Positions 1 to 9,917 are shown, counted from the stretch's first letter. The stretch is 32,000 bases of DNA from Pseudomonas aeruginosa (GCF_001457615.1 NZ_LN831024.1:1860001-1892000), one strand, 5' to 3'. The notes: generated from the sequence alone by a model not told the origin. Numbers and translations: made by a program.

Positions 1-50
1 CGGAAATCGGCGGGCGGCGTCCCGGCGGGCCGGGACGCGGCGGGGAAGGC

Positions 51-701
51 TCAGAACGGCGCCGGCGACTCGAAGCGCAGGCGTTCGCCGCTCTGCGGAT
101 GGGTCAGGCACAGCAGGCTGGCGTGCAGGCACAGGCGTTCGTGGGCGGCGAGGGCTTCGGGGTTGGCGTAGAGGCGGTCGCCGAGCAGCGGATGGCCGAT
201 GGAGAGCATGTGCACGCGCAACTGGTGCGAACGGCCGGTGATCGGCGTCAGCTCGACCCTGCTCCAGCGTTCATGACGCTCGATCACACGCCAGAAGGTC
301 AGGGCGTGGCGGCCGTGCTCGAAGTCCACCACGTGACGCGGCTTGGTCGGCGGGTCGTAGCGCAGCGGCAGCTCGATGCGCCCGCTGTCCAGTTCCGGCA
401 GGCCCCAGCAAAGGGCGGTATAGGCTTTCTCGGTCTCGCGGTCGTGGAACTGGCGGGACAGCTCGCGGTGGCTGTCGGCGTCGCGGGCGAGCACCATCAG
501 GCCGGAGGTTTCCCAGTCCAGGCGGTGGACGATGCGGGCCTCGGGATAGCCGTTTTCCTGCAGGCGGGTGACCAGGCAGTCCTTGTTGTCATCGGCGCGG
601 CCGGGCACCGACAGCAGCAGGGTGGGCTTGTCGACCACCAGCAGGGCGTCATCCTGGTGAACGATTCGGATCTGGGACAGCGGCATAGCGAACGGGCTCA
701 T
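51..701 (-). CDS. rluA: RluA-family 23S rRNA/tRNA pseudouridine synthase
   Basis: 216-aa ORF with the RluA catalytic motif (ARIVHRLDWETSGLMVLA) and C-terminal GRSHQLRVHMLSIGHPLLGDRLY; located next to min genes. Confidence 0.93.
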   Translation of the reverse strand: MSPFAMPLSQIRIVHQDDALLVVDKPTLLLSVPGRADDNKDCLVTRLQENGYPEARIVHRLDWETSGLMVLARDADSHRELSRQFHDRETEKAYTALCWGLPELDSGRIELPLRYDPPTKPRHVVDFEHGRHALTFWRVIERHERWSRVELTPITGRSHQLRVHMLSIGHPLLGDRLYANPEALAAHERLCLHASLLCLTHPQSGERLRFESPAPF

Positions 702-746
702 CGCCGGGAGGCGGCAGGGAGCCTGGCGGGCAGGCTCGGTGAAACG

Positions 747-773
747 ACTGCGGCGGCCAATGGCCGCCGCAGT
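747..773 (-). other. 12-bp perfect inverted repeat (hairpin) between minE and rluA
   Basis: ACTGCGGCGGCC-AAT-GGCCGCCGCAGT. Only a weak T-run follows on the minus strand (cgtttc), so it may be a weak terminator or a processing hairpin. Confidence 0.6.
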
Positions 774-789
774 ATGGACCCTGGGCGAA

Positions 790-1044
790 TCAACGATCCG
801 GCAGGGTGATGTTGAGTTCCAGGATCGAGCAGTTGCCCTGGTTCTCCAGTTCCACCTGGATCTGCTCCTGGTCGATCGGTACGTACTTGCGGATCACTTC
901 CAGCAGGTCTTTCTGCAACTGGGGCAGATAATCCGGCTGTGCGCGCTGGCCACGTTCGTGGGCAACGATGATCTGCAGTCGTTCTTTCGCGATGGAAGCG
1001 CTGTTCTGCGATTTCCGACTGCGAAAGAAGTCTAAAAGGCTCAT
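790..1044 (-). CDS. minE: Cell division topological specificity factor MinE
   Basis: 84 aa, [31 protein letters not shown]..., typical MinE; 4-nt overlap with minD stop. Confidence 0.98.
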   Translation of the reverse strand: MSLLDFFRSRKSQNSASIAKERLQIIVAHERGQRAQPDYLPQLQKDLLEVIRKYVPIDQEQIQVELENQGNCSILELNITLPDR

Positions 1045-1856
1045 TCACGTCCTCCGAACAGTCTTTGCAGGAATCCTTTCTTCTGCACATCGAGGAATCG
1101 ATGCGGTATTTCCTTGCCGAGCAGGCGGTCGACCGCATCGCTGTACGCCTGGCCGGCGTCGCTCTGCTCGTCGAGGATCACCGGCACGCCCTGGTTCGAC
1201 GCCTTGAGCACGGCCTGGGATTCCGGGATCACCCCGAGCAGGCGGATGGCGAGGATCTCCTCGACATCGTCGACGCCGAGCATCTCGCCCTTGGTGACGC
1301 GCTCCGGGTTGTAGCGGGTCAGCAGCAGGTGTTCCTTGATCGGCTCCTCGCCTTTCTCGGCGCGCTGCGACTTGCTTGCCAGCAGGCCGAGCATGCGGTC
1401 GGAGTCGCGTACCGAGGAAACCTCGGGGTTGGTCACGACGATCGCTTCGTCGGCGAAGTACATGGCCAGGTGGGCGCCTTTCTCGATGCCCGCCGGGGAG
1501 TCGCAGATGATGTATTCGAAATCCTTGCGCAGTTCGGCCATGACTTTCTCGACGCCTTCCTTGGTCAGGGCGTCCTTGTCGCGGGTCTGGCTGGCGGCCA
1601 GGACATGCAGGTTTTCGAGGCGCTTGTCCTTGATCAGGGCCTGGGTGAGGGTGGCCTCGCCGTTGACGACGTTGACGAAGTCGTACACCACGCGGCGTTC
1701 GCAGCCCATGATAAGGTCGAGGTTACGCAGGCCGACGTCGAAGTCGACGATGACGGTCTTGAAACCGCGCAAGGCCAGGCCGGTGCCGATAGCTGCGCTG
1801 GTGGTGGTTTTACCGACGCCACCCTTACCGGAAGTGACTACGAGAATTTTGGCCAA
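1041..1856 (-). CDS. minD: Septum site-determining ATPase MinD
   Basis: 271 aa with deviant Walker A ([18 protein letters not shown]) and C-terminal amphipathic helix region ([11 protein letters not shown]). Confidence 0.98.
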   Translation of the reverse strand: MAKILVVTSGKGGVGKTTTSAAIGTGLALRGFKTVIVDFDVGLRNLDLIMGCERRVVYDFVNVVNGEATLTQALIKDKRLENLHVLAASQTRDKDALTKEGVEKVMAELRKDFEYIICDSPAGIEKGAHLAMYFADEAIVVTNPEVSSVRDSDRMLGLLASKSQRAEKGEEPIKEHLLLTRYNPERVTKGEMLGVDDVEEILAIRLLGVIPESQAVLKASNQGVPVILDEQSDAGQAYSDAVDRLLGKEIPHRFLDVQKKGFLQRLFGGRE

Positions 1857-1917
1857 GGTGATTCACCCCAATGAAAAACGTAAGAATTCTGGTCCCTGAA
1901 AGTGGCGGCAGTATCCG

Positions 1918-2709
1918 TTAAAGGCGGGTGATGTTCAACACGTCACCCGACAGGCTGACGTGCACTGCCTTGCCCCACTGCGGGCTGCGTCGCAGGTCCT
2001 CCGCGACCTTGTAGTTACCGGCGATGGAGACCAGTTCGGCGGCCAGCTGCTGGCAGAAGATTCGCGCCGTGGCGTCGCCTTTCACGCCGGCCAGTGCGCG
2101 TCCGCGCATCGGGCCGTACACATGGATGTTTCCGTCGGCGAGAAGTTCCGCGCCGGGACTGACCGCGGCCAGCACGATCAGGTCGCCGCCGGCGGCGTAG
2201 ATCTGCATGCCGCCGCGCACCGGGGTCTTCACCACCTTGGTCGGGCGGCTGACGGGCTCGGCGGGCTTCTCTTCCGCCTTGGCCGGCTCGGGCCTGGCTT
2301 CACCGGCGCTCGGGCTGGGCTCTTCGGCAGGCTTGCGCGGGGCGCTGTCCTTGATGTCCAGCGGTCGTTCGCGGGCGCCCGAGGGCGGCAGCACCGGCAG
2401 GTCCAGGGCCTGGGCGGCGGCGATGTCCTCCTCGCGCCCGGCGCGTATCGCCAGGGTGCGCAGGCCGTGGCGGCGACAGACCTCGAGGAGCGCCGGCAGG
2501 TCGAGGCGGCCTTCGCCTTCGGGCAGCTTGTCGAGGGCCATGACCAGGGGGGTGTCGCGGAAGAAGTTGGGCGCTTGCGCCACTTTGTCGGCGAGTTGCC
2601 GTTCGAGCCTCGCCAGGTCGTTGTGCGCCAGTTCGAGGATGGTCACCGCGAGCATGCTGCCCTTGAGCTGGAATACGGGGTCTTGATCGAGGAGGTCGGC
2701 TTGGCTCAT
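1918..2709 (-). CDS. minC: Septum site-determining protein MinC
   Basis: 263 aa; C-terminal MinC beta-helix domain ([47 protein letters not shown]); upstream of minD. Confidence 0.96.
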   Translation of the reverse strand: MSQADLLDQDPVFQLKGSMLAVTILELAHNDLARLERQLADKVAQAPNFFRDTPLVMALDKLPEGEGRLDLPALLEVCRRHGLRTLAIRAGREEDIAAAQALDLPVLPPSGARERPLDIKDSAPRKPAEEPSPSAGEARPEPAKAEEKPAEPVSRPTKVVKTPVRGGMQIYAAGGDLIVLAAVSPGAELLADGNIHVYGPMRGRALAGVKGDATARIFCQQLAAELVSIAGNYKVAEDLRRSPQWGKAVHVSLSGDVLNITRL

Positions 2710-2868
2710 GGGGCTTGTCGGTCGTTGAATTGCAGGGACTTATAACGAGAACGCCGGATGCCCGCAAGCGTGGCAGATAGCCGGGGCGGCGTCGATCGGC
2801 AACGCGGCGTCCCGCCGGGACGGCGGGCAGGGTAGAATGGCGGGCTTTGATCGTCGTCGGAACCGTCC

Positions 2869-3807
2869 ATGGATCGCCCCCGTTTCTCCAGCGCTTTCCT
2901 CCATCCCCGCTACTGGCCGCTCTGGTTCGGCCTGGGACTGCTCTGGCTGGTGGTGCAGTTGCCGTATCCCGTCCTGCTGATGCTCGGCCGTGGCCTGGGG
3001 GCGCTGATGTACCGCTTGGTCGGCTCGCGCCGCGAGATTGCCGCGCGCAACCTCGAACTGTGCTTTCCGGAAAAGTCGCCCGCCGAACGCGAGCGTCTGC
3101 TGAAGGAGAACTTCGCCTCCAGCGGCATCGCCTTCTTCGAGATGGCCATGAGCTGGTGGTGGCCGAAGGCGCGCCTGGCCCGTCTTGCCCATATAGAAGG
3201 CCTGGAGCATCTGCGCGAGGCCCAGGCGCAGGGCGAGGGGGTGATCCTCATGGCCCTGCATTTCACCACCCTGGAGATCGGCGCGGCGCTGCTCGGCCAG
3301 GTGCACACCATCGACGGCATGTACCGTGAGCACGACAATCCGGTGTTCGACTATGTCCAGCGCCGTGGCCGCGAGCGGCACAACCTCGATGCCACCGCCA
3401 TCGAGCGCGAGGACGTGCGCTCGATGCTCAAGGTGCTGCGTGGCGGCCGCGCCATCTGGTACGCACCGGACCAGGACTACGGCGCCAAGCAGAGCCTGTT
3501 CGTGCCGCTGTTCGGCATCCCGGCGGCCACCGTCACCGCCACCACCAAGTTCGCCCGCCTGGGCCGGGCGCGGGTGTTGCCGTTCACCCAGAGCCGCCTG
3601 ACCGATGGCAGCGGTTATCGCCTGACCATCCACCCGCCGCTGGAGGACTTCCCCGGCGAGAGCGAGGAAGCCGATTGCCTGCGGATCAACCAGTGGGTCG
3701 AGCGCTGCGTGCGCCAGCAGCCCGAGCAGTACCTGTGGGCGCACCGGCGTTTCAAGACCCGCCCGCCAGGCGAAGCCAAGCTCTATCCGAAACGGCGCAA
3801 GCGCTGA
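2869..3807 (+). CDS. htrB: Lipid A biosynthesis lauroyl acyltransferase (LpxL/HtrB family)
   Basis: 312 aa; N-terminal TM plus HxxxxE-type acyltransferase motif (LMALHFTTLEIGAALLG) and YAPDQDYG motif. Confidence 0.9.
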   Translation: MDRPRFSSAFLHPRYWPLWFGLGLLWLVVQLPYPVLLMLGRGLGALMYRLVGSRREIAARNLELCFPEKSPAERERLLKENFASSGIAFFEMAMSWWWPKARLARLAHIEGLEHLREAQAQGEGVILMALHFTTLEIGAALLGQVHTIDGMYREHDNPVFDYVQRRGRERHNLDATAIEREDVRSMLKVLRGGRAIWYAPDQDYGAKQSLFVPLFGIPAATVTATTKFARLGRARVLPFTQSRLTDGSGYRLTIHPPLEDFPGESEEADCLRINQWVERCVRQQPEQYLWAHRRFKTRPPGEAKLYPKRRKR

Positions 3808-3874
3808 GGACGGGCATTCCGGACGCGCGCGGGGTCTGGCTATACTCGCCGCAGTTCATGACGGAAGCCCCGCT

Positions 3875-5044
3875 GTGTCCGATCCCCTTGCCCCACGTCC
3901 GCCGCTCACCGGCCTGATCCTTTCCGGGGGCGGCGCCCGCGCGGCCTACCAGGTCGGGGTCCTGGCCGCCATCGCCGACCTGCTGCCGGACAGTGCCGGT
4001 AATCCTTTCCCGGTCATCGTCGGTACTTCCGCCGGCGCCATCAACGCCGTTGGCCTGGCTTGCGGCGCCCTGCAATTCCGCCAGGCGATCCAGCGCCTGA
4101 CCGCGGTCTGGCAGGGATTCCGCACCGAACATGTCTATCGCAGCGACTGGCCGGGCGTGACCCGCCAGGCCTCGCGCTTCCTCGGCCATAGCCTGCTCGG
4201 CCTGGGGCGGCGGGTGCCGGTGGCGTTGCTGGACAACCGGCCGTTGCATGAGCTGCTGGCACGTGAGCTGGATTTTTCCGGGATTCATGCGGCGGTGCGC
4301 CAGCGCCAGTTGCGCGCGGTGGCGGTGACCGCGTTCGGCTACGAGTCGGGGCAGGCGGTGACCTTCTACCAGGGGCGCGCGACCATCGATCCCTGGGTAC
4401 GCCATCGGCGCCTGGGCATTCCCACCCGCCTGGAGCTTCGGCACCTGCTGGCCAGCGCGGCGATCCCGCTGCTGTTCCCGCCGGTGCGGATCAACCGCGA
4501 ATACTTCGGCGACGGCGCGGTGCGTTCCCAGGCGCCCATCAGCCCGGCGTTGCACCTGGGCGCCACGCGGGTGCTGGTGATCGGCGTCAGCGGCAACCCG
4601 GCCACCGGTGGCGACAGTGCCATGACCGGCCTGCCGCCGTCCGACCGACCGCCGAGCCTGGCGCAGATCGGCGCCCACCTGTTGAACAGCACCTTCATCG
4701 ACAGCCTGGAAGGCGACATCGAGCAGTTGCAGCGGATGAACCAGATCGGCCAGTTGGTGGCGCCGGAGGTGCGCCGCCAGGCGGGTGGGCTGGAGCCGGT
4801 GGAGGTATTGCTGGTGTCGCCGAGCCGGCCGCTGGACGAGATCGCCGCGCGGCACTACCGGGAGCTGTCGCGGGTGCTGCGGCTTTTCCTGCGCGGTCCC
4901 GGAGCGACCCGCGCCAGCGGGGCGGGGGTATTGAGCTACCTGTTGTTCGAGCGCGGCTATTGCAGCGAACTGATCGAACTGGGCTACCACGATGCGATGG
5001 GCAAGCGGGCGGAACTGGAGCGCTTCCTGCGGATCGAGCGGTAA
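3875..5044 (+). CDS. Patatin-like phospholipase family protein
   Basis: 389 aa, GTG start; LILSGGGARAAYQVGVLAAI oxyanion motif, GTSAGAINA (GxSxG), DGAVR catalytic dyad. Confidence 0.93.
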   Translation: MSDPLAPRPPLTGLILSGGGARAAYQVGVLAAIADLLPDSAGNPFPVIVGTSAGAINAVGLACGALQFRQAIQRLTAVWQGFRTEHVYRSDWPGVTRQASRFLGHSLLGLGRRVPVALLDNRPLHELLARELDFSGIHAAVRQRQLRAVAVTAFGYESGQAVTFYQGRATIDPWVRHRRLGIPTRLELRHLLASAAIPLLFPPVRINREYFGDGAVRSQAPISPALHLGATRVLVIGVSGNPATGGDSAMTGLPPSDRPPSLAQIGAHLLNSTFIDSLEGDIEQLQRMNQIGQLVAPEVRRQAGGLEPVEVLLVSPSRPLDEIAARHYRELSRVLRLFLRGPGATRASGAGVLSYLLFERGYCSELIELGYHDAMGKRAELERFLRIER

Positions 5045-5073
5045 ACCTTATTCAGGACGGGACAGGCGGAAGG

Positions 5074-5095
5074 AAAAAACCGCCCCGAAGGGCGG
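5074..5095 (-). terminator. Intrinsic terminator for the pirin-like gene
   Basis: Minus-strand reading: CCGCCC-TTCG-GGGCGG followed by TTTTTT. Confidence 0.85.
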
Positions 5096-5107
5096 CTCGC
5101 GCACGGC

Positions 5108-5965
5108 TCAGACGGCCAGGACACCGTCGCGATAGTCGCGTAGCGCCTGCTCGATTTCCTCGCGGCTGTTCATCACGAACGGACCGTACTGGACGATCGG
5201 CTCGCGCAACGGCTTGCCGGCGAGCACCAGTACCCGGGCGCCGGCTTCGCTGCGCAGGCTCAGTTCCCCTTCTTCGGACAGCCGAGCCAGGCGATTGGTG
5301 GCGATTTCCACCGGGCGTTCGCCTTCCACCGTCAGGCTGCCTTCGTAGACGTACAGCAGAACGCGATGGCCGTCCGGCAGGCGCGGGGCGATGCGGCCGC
5401 CGGCAGGCAGTTGCAGGTCGTAGTAGTGCGGCTCGGTGTCCGGCCTTTCCACGGCGCCGATCTGCTGCGCCTGGCCGTCGTCGAAGCGACCGGCGATCAC
5501 CGTGACCTTCACGCCTCCGGCGGTTTCCAGGCGCGGCACGTCTTCCGGCTCGATATCGTGATAGCCGGCCGGGGCCAGCTTGTTCTTCGCCGGCAGGTTG
5601 ACCCACAGCTGGAAGCCACGCATCGCGCCTTCCACCTGTTCCGGCATCTCGCTGTGGATGATGCCGTGGGCGGCGGTCATCCACTGTACGCCGCCGGGCT
5701 TGAGCAGGCCGCGATTGCCGAGGTGGTCTTCGTGGCGCATACGCCCTTCGAGCATGTAGGTCACGGTCTCGAAGCCGCGGTGCGGGTGCGAAGGGAAACC
5801 GGCGACATAGTCATCCGGGTTCTGGGTATCGAACTGGTCGAGCATCAGGAACGGGTCGAAGCGTTCCGGGGAAGGGCCGCCGATCACGCGGGTCAGGCGG
5901 ACGCCGGCGCCATCGGAGGCGGGGTGGCCGGTATGCAGTTCGAGGACATCACGGTAGCGGGTCAT
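5108..5965 (-). CDS. Pirin family protein
   Basis: 285 aa; pirin cupin motif (PHPHRGFETVTYMLEGRMRHEDHLGNRGLLKPGGVQWMTAAHGIIHSEMP). Confidence 0.94.
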   Translation of the reverse strand: MTRYRDVLELHTGHPASDGAGVRLTRVIGGPSPERFDPFLMLDQFDTQNPDDYVAGFPSHPHRGFETVTYMLEGRMRHEDHLGNRGLLKPGGVQWMTAAHGIIHSEMPEQVEGAMRGFQLWVNLPAKNKLAPAGYHDIEPEDVPRLETAGGVKVTVIAGRFDDGQAQQIGAVERPDTEPHYYDLQLPAGGRIAPRLPDGHRVLLYVYEGSLTVEGERPVEIATNRLARLSEEGELSLRSEAGARVLVLAGKPLREPIVQYGPFVMNSREEIEQALRDYRDGVLAV

Positions 5966-6066
5966 GGGAACCTCCTGGTTCGTGTATGGCTCGATGATAG
6001 TCCTCTGTGCTCGATATATGGATGCGAGTTTTGTGTGATTCCTATCGAGTTATTGGATTGTTTTGA

Positions 6067-6098
6067 GAAAAAGAAACCGCCGCACCAGGGCGGCGGTT
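6067..6098 (-). terminator. Intrinsic terminator downstream of the MlaA/VacJ-like gene
   Basis: 9-bp stem AACCGCCGC...GCGGCGGTT (6075-6083/6090-6098) followed on the minus strand by tctttttctc. Confidence 0.75.
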
Positions 6099-6105
6099 CT
6101 TCGTC

Positions 6106-6909
6106 TCACTCGGCGATCTGCAGCTTGCGCGCCTCGGTATAGATGTAGCGCAGTTTCTCGTACTCGAACGGCGAATTCATCTGGCCGTAGCGGAAGCTGG
6201 TGTTGTAGCGCTTGTCCACCACGCGCAGGGCGGTGATCTCCGGGTGGTCGCCGCTGGCCTGGGGAACGTTGAGGTAGTTCACCTGGTATTCGCCGACGTA
6301 GTCCACCACCAGTCCGCCGGTGTCGCGCAGGTTGGACGGGCCGAGGATCGGCAGCACCAGGTAGGGGCCGCTGCCCACGCCGTAGAAGCCGAGGGTCTGG
6401 CCGAAATCCTCGCTGCGCTTGTGCAGGCCCATCCTGGTCGCAGGGTCCCACAGGCCGAGCACACCGAAGGTGGTGTTGAACAGCAGCCGCGCGGTGGTTT
6501 CCATCGCCGCCTTGCCCTTCAATTGGGCGAGGTTGTTCAGCAGATTGGGCACGTCGCCGAGGTTGTCGAAGAAATTGCTCACGCCGCTGCGGACGAAGTG
6601 CGGGGTGACGTATTCGTAGCCTCGTACCACGGGCAGGAACACCCACTCGTCGAAGCGATAGTTGAAGTGGTAGACCCGGCGGTTCCAGGATTCCCAGGGA
6701 TCGTACATGTTCAGTGCGTCGAGGGTGGCGCGCTCGAATTCGCGTTGATCCAGGCCGGGATTGAACTTGAGTTGGTCCAGTGGACGGCTGAAACCGTCGC
6801 CGTCGAGCTGGCGTGGCGGCAGTTCGGCCGGCGCGGCGGCCTCGTCGGCCTGGGCGCTGGCGGCAGCGCTCAGCAGAAGGGCGAACATCCAGTGTGCGGT
6901 TCGGCTCAT
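6106..6909 (-). CDS. mlaA: MlaA/VacJ family protein (outer-membrane lipid asymmetry)
   Basis: 267 aa; DPWESWNRRVYHFNYRFDEWVFLPVVRGYEYVTP...GVSNFFDNLGDVPNLLNNLAQLK...LPILGPSNLRDTGGLVVD is typical of VacJ/MlaA. The signal peptide has no Cys. Confidence 0.9.
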   Translation of the reverse strand: MSRTAHWMFALLLSAAASAQADEAAAPAELPPRQLDGDGFSRPLDQLKFNPGLDQREFERATLDALNMYDPWESWNRRVYHFNYRFDEWVFLPVVRGYEYVTPHFVRSGVSNFFDNLGDVPNLLNNLAQLKGKAAMETTARLLFNTTFGVLGLWDPATRMGLHKRSEDFGQTLGFYGVGSGPYLVLPILGPSNLRDTGGLVVDYVGEYQVNYLNVPQASGDHPEITALRVVDKRYNTSFRYGQMNSPFEYEKLRYIYTEARKLQIAE

Positions 6910-6912
6910 CGA

Positions 6913-8274
6913 TCAGTTTCCTGCCTGCTGGGTGAGGGCCGCGCTGGCGACCTGGGTCTGTCCGGCAGCGGGCGTGGCGAAGAAGTCCAGCATGTCCTGC
7001 GCGTTGACCTTGTAGTTGAGGTTGCCGCAGTGACCGCCATAGGGATAGACGGTCAGGCGTTCGCCGAAGGTTCGGCGGAGGAAGCCGAGGTCGCCCGGGC
7101 CGAGGATGACGTCGTCGGCGTTGTGCATCACGGCGATCTTCGGGCTGTCGTGCAGATAGTCCTGCAGCTTGTAGAGGCTGACCTGGTTGACCAGTTGGGT
7201 CAGGCTGCCGCCGTCGTAACGGGCTCGCCACATCGGGATCAGTTGCTCGGTCATGTAGCACTCGAAGTCGCACTGTAGCGCGCGCTTGAAGAAGGGCTCC
7301 AGGCTGGTGCCTTCGTTGATCGGGTAGTTCGGCGGGGTGATCAGGCCGCGACGGTTGACCAGGTCCGAGGTGAAGGCGATGTCGGCGGCGGAGAAGCGGA
7401 ACGAGGTGCCGATCAGCATGGCCATTTCTTCGTTGCTCAGGCGTTGCTTCGACTGCTGGAAGTCGTAGAGCATGGCGTCGTTGATGTCGACGTAGCCTTT
7501 CTGCCGGAAGTAGCGGGTCAGCTTGCTCAGCACCACCTCGTAGAAGGTGCGCGAGTCAGTGATGCCCTTGACCTGGGTTTCCACCAGTTTGTCGAGGTTG
7601 CTCACCGAGGTGTAGAGGTTCACCGGTGGGTTGAGCAGCAGCACTTTCTTGAAGTTGAAGCTCCGGCGGCTTTCGTCGAGGTGGCTGACGAACGCGGCGT
7701 TCAGCGCCCCCAGGCTATAGCCGGTGAGGTAATAGTCGGTCACCGGCAGGTCGCGCTGCTGCGCGCGCACCGCCTGCATCACCCGGTACAGGTCATCGGC
7801 GTCGTCGCTGGAAAAGCCCGGTGTGGCGAAGCGCGAGGCGCTGGCCATGAAGTCCCAACTGGTCGGCGAGGACAACTGCACCACGTGGTAGCCGGCCTGG
7901 TAGAAGAGCTTCTTCAGGTATTCCGGGAAGCTGCTGGCGTAGTGGGCGCCAGTCCCGGCAATGATGAAGATCAGCGGCGCCGCATGATCCTGGCGGGCCA
8001 GGCGGTAGCGCAGCTTCTTCACCGGCCAGAAGTTGTCCGGCAGGGCGAACTCGCGCTCCGGGCGCAATTTCAGGCTGTAGTCCTTCTGGTCGATGTCCTC
8101 GCTGTGCGGAAGCTCGGGACGCAGTTCCGGCGGCGTGGTGGCGATGGTCGCCTCGAACGGGTTGGTCAGTGGATAGCCGTAGCTCGCGGCGTCCACGTCC
8201 CGGGCCTGCGCCAGATTGGCACAACCGAGGGCGAGGCCGCCGAGCAGGGCAGCGAAACGGAGGAAGTGGGGCAT
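6913..8274 (-). CDS. Putative secreted alpha/beta-hydrolase-like protein (conserved hypothetical)
   Basis: Start set at MPHFLRFAALLGGLALGCANLAQA (signal-peptide-like) inside the longer 6913..8442 ORF; contains LTGYSLGALNAAFVSH (GxSxG) and ADDVILGPGDLG. Confidence 0.75.
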   Translation of the reverse strand: MPHFLRFAALLGGLALGCANLAQARDVDAASYGYPLTNPFEATIATTPPELRPELPHSEDIDQKDYSLKLRPEREFALPDNFWPVKKLRYRLARQDHAAPLIFIIAGTGAHYASSFPEYLKKLFYQAGYHVVQLSSPTSWDFMASASRFATPGFSSDDADDLYRVMQAVRAQQRDLPVTDYYLTGYSLGALNAAFVSHLDESRRSFNFKKVLLLNPPVNLYTSVSNLDKLVETQVKGITDSRTFYEVVLSKLTRYFRQKGYVDINDAMLYDFQQSKQRLSNEEMAMLIGTSFRFSAADIAFTSDLVNRRGLITPPNYPINEGTSLEPFFKRALQCDFECYMTEQLIPMWRARYDGGSLTQLVNQVSLYKLQDYLHDSPKIAVMHNADDVILGPGDLGFLRRTFGERLTVYPYGGHCGNLNYKVNAQDMLDFFATPAAGQTQVASAALTQQAGN

Positions 8275-8416
8275 CGGGGGAATCCCTTCGAGGGAAAAGT
8301 ACTGAGTGAATATACTGCCGCTATGACAACTGCAAGCCTCAGTAGTGCAGTGGGTTATTGCAGCCAGCGTTCCAATCGGTCTTTCCCGCCTCTTGCCGTG
8401 CCTCGCGAATATCCCT

Positions 8417-8638
8417 TCAGGCGTGGCGGTGCAGCCAGCCATGGGCGCTGGCCGGGCGCGGCGCGCCGTCTTTCTCGAAGCGTTTCCAGATCTTCTCGTG
8501 GAAGTAGAAACCGACCGAGTTGCACAGCGGCTCGACCGCCGCCACCAGCCCGCCGACCGCTATGCTGCCGGTCAGCGCATAGGCCACGCTGAAGGCGATG
8601 ATGAAGTGCATGACGGTGAAGGTCAGGGTCTTGAGCAT
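8417..8638 (-). CDS. DUF2061-type small membrane protein
   Basis: 73 aa from MLKTLTFTVMHFIIAFSVAYALTGSIAVGGLVAAVEPLCNSVGFYFHEKIWKRF; an AGGAG-like RBS (reverse complement of ctctcct) lies just upstream. The longer ORF start is unlikely. Confidence 0.82.
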   Translation of the reverse strand: MLKTLTFTVMHFIIAFSVAYALTGSIAVGGLVAAVEPLCNSVGFYFHEKIWKRFEKDGAPRPASAHGWLHRHA

Positions 8639-8931
8639 GGCTGCTCTCCTTTGATCGAGAATCATTCCTCTTTGGCGAAAGCCTATCCAGGCGCTCGGCC
8701 AAGCGGAAATCGGCCTGTCCAATCGAGTGCATAGAGCGCTTCGATCGCACTGTCTCGGAGCACATCCGCAGCGTGCCGCAGCGCAGTTCGAGGCATGTCG
8801 TTATCGGGTGCGATGGGTGTCGTTCTCAGAGCAGTCCGCCGTCCGGGCGCGCCGATGATGGACGGCGGCACCGCAGAGTGCCGCGACCGCCGGGGAGCGT
8901 CCCCGTCGGCATAGAACAAGGGGTACGTCTG

Positions 8932-9789
8932 ATGCGAATGATGCGACGACTGTTGTGCTGGAGTGCGGGCCTGGCAATGTCGGCGGCTGTGGGGATGGCG
9001 GCCGCGGCGGACAAGCCGGTGATCACCATCGGTTACGTGGACGGCTGGTCGGACAGCGTGGCGACCACCCATGTGGCCGCCGAGGTGATCCGCGAGAAGC
9101 TCGGCTACGAGGTGAAGCTGATGCCGGTGGCGGCGGGGATCATGTGGCAGGGCGTGGCGCGCGGCAAGCTCGATGCCATGCTCTCGGCCTGGCTGCCGGG
9201 CACCCACGGCGCCTACTACGAGAAGATGAAGGATAAGGTGGTCAACCTTGCCATCAACTACCCGGATGCACGCATCGGCCTGATCGTCCCCGAATACGTG
9301 AGCGCCAACAGCATCGCCGACCTCCAGGCGCAGAAGGACGCTTTCGGCGGGCGCGTGGTGGGCATCGATGCCGGCGCCGGGGTGATGATCAAGACCGACG
9401 AGGCGATCAAGCAATATGGCCTCGACTACAAGCTGGTGGCCAGTTCCGGCAGCGGCATGATCGCCGAGCTGACCCGTGCCGAGAACGAGAAGAAGCCGGT
9501 GGTGGTGACCGGCTGGATTCCGCACTGGATGTTCGCCAAGTGGAAGCTGAAGTTCCTCGACGATCCGAAGAAGGTCTATGGCGATACCGAGCATGTCGAC
9601 ACCGTCGCCAACCCGGCGCTGGAGGCCAAGGCCAAGCCGGTCTGGGAGTTCCTGAAGAAGTTCGGCTGGAGGGATGGCAACGAGGTCGGCCAGGTGATGC
9701 TGGCGATCCAGGAGGGCGCCAAACCCGAGGATGCGGCGAAGCAGTGGGTGGCGGCCAACCCGGGACGGGTCAAGGACTGGGTGCAGTAG
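8932..9789 (+). CDS. betX: Glycine betaine/choline-type ABC transporter substrate-binding protein
   Basis: 285 aa from MRMMRRLLCWSAGLAMSAAVGMAAAADKPVITIGYVDGWSDSVATTHVAAEVI; OpuAC/ProX-like (GIMWQGVARGKLDAMLSAWLPGTHG). Confidence 0.85.
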   Translation: MRMMRRLLCWSAGLAMSAAVGMAAAADKPVITIGYVDGWSDSVATTHVAAEVIREKLGYEVKLMPVAAGIMWQGVARGKLDAMLSAWLPGTHGAYYEKMKDKVVNLAINYPDARIGLIVPEYVSANSIADLQAQKDAFGGRVVGIDAGAGVMIKTDEAIKQYGLDYKLVASSGSGMIAELTRAENEKKPVVVTGWIPHWMFAKWKLKFLDDPKKVYGDTEHVDTVANPALEAKAKPVWEFLKKFGWRDGNEVGQVMLAIQEGAKPEDAAKQWVAANPGRVKDWVQ

Positions 9790-9810
9790 CACGGCTGGTT
9801 CGATCGGGGA

Positions 9811-9845
9811 ACGCCGTGCCCGGGCAACCGGGCACGGCGTTTTTC
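9811..9845 (+). terminator. Strong intrinsic terminator after betX-like gene
   Basis: 13-bp perfect stem ACGCCGTGCCCGG-GCAA-CCGGGCACGGCGT followed by TTTT; GNRA tetraloop. Confidence 0.95.
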
Positions 9846-9917
9846 CTTGCCGAAGGCTGGCTCCGGAATCTGCCGGAAGGCCCGGGAATACCGGTCTAGA
9901 GCGGCTGGCGAAACGCT

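Noticed and set aside
8275-8442. N-terminal extension of the 6913..8442 ORF (MAGCTATPEGIFARHGK...)
   Set aside because: The internal MPHFLRFAALLGGLALGCANLAQA looks like a true signal peptide. The extension crosses the upstream intergenic/promoter region.
8643-8665. Possible Fur-box-like stretch (gatcgagaatcattcctc) upstream of the DUF2061 gene
   Set aside because: Only about 10 of 19 positions fit the consensus, which is not convincing without a profile score.
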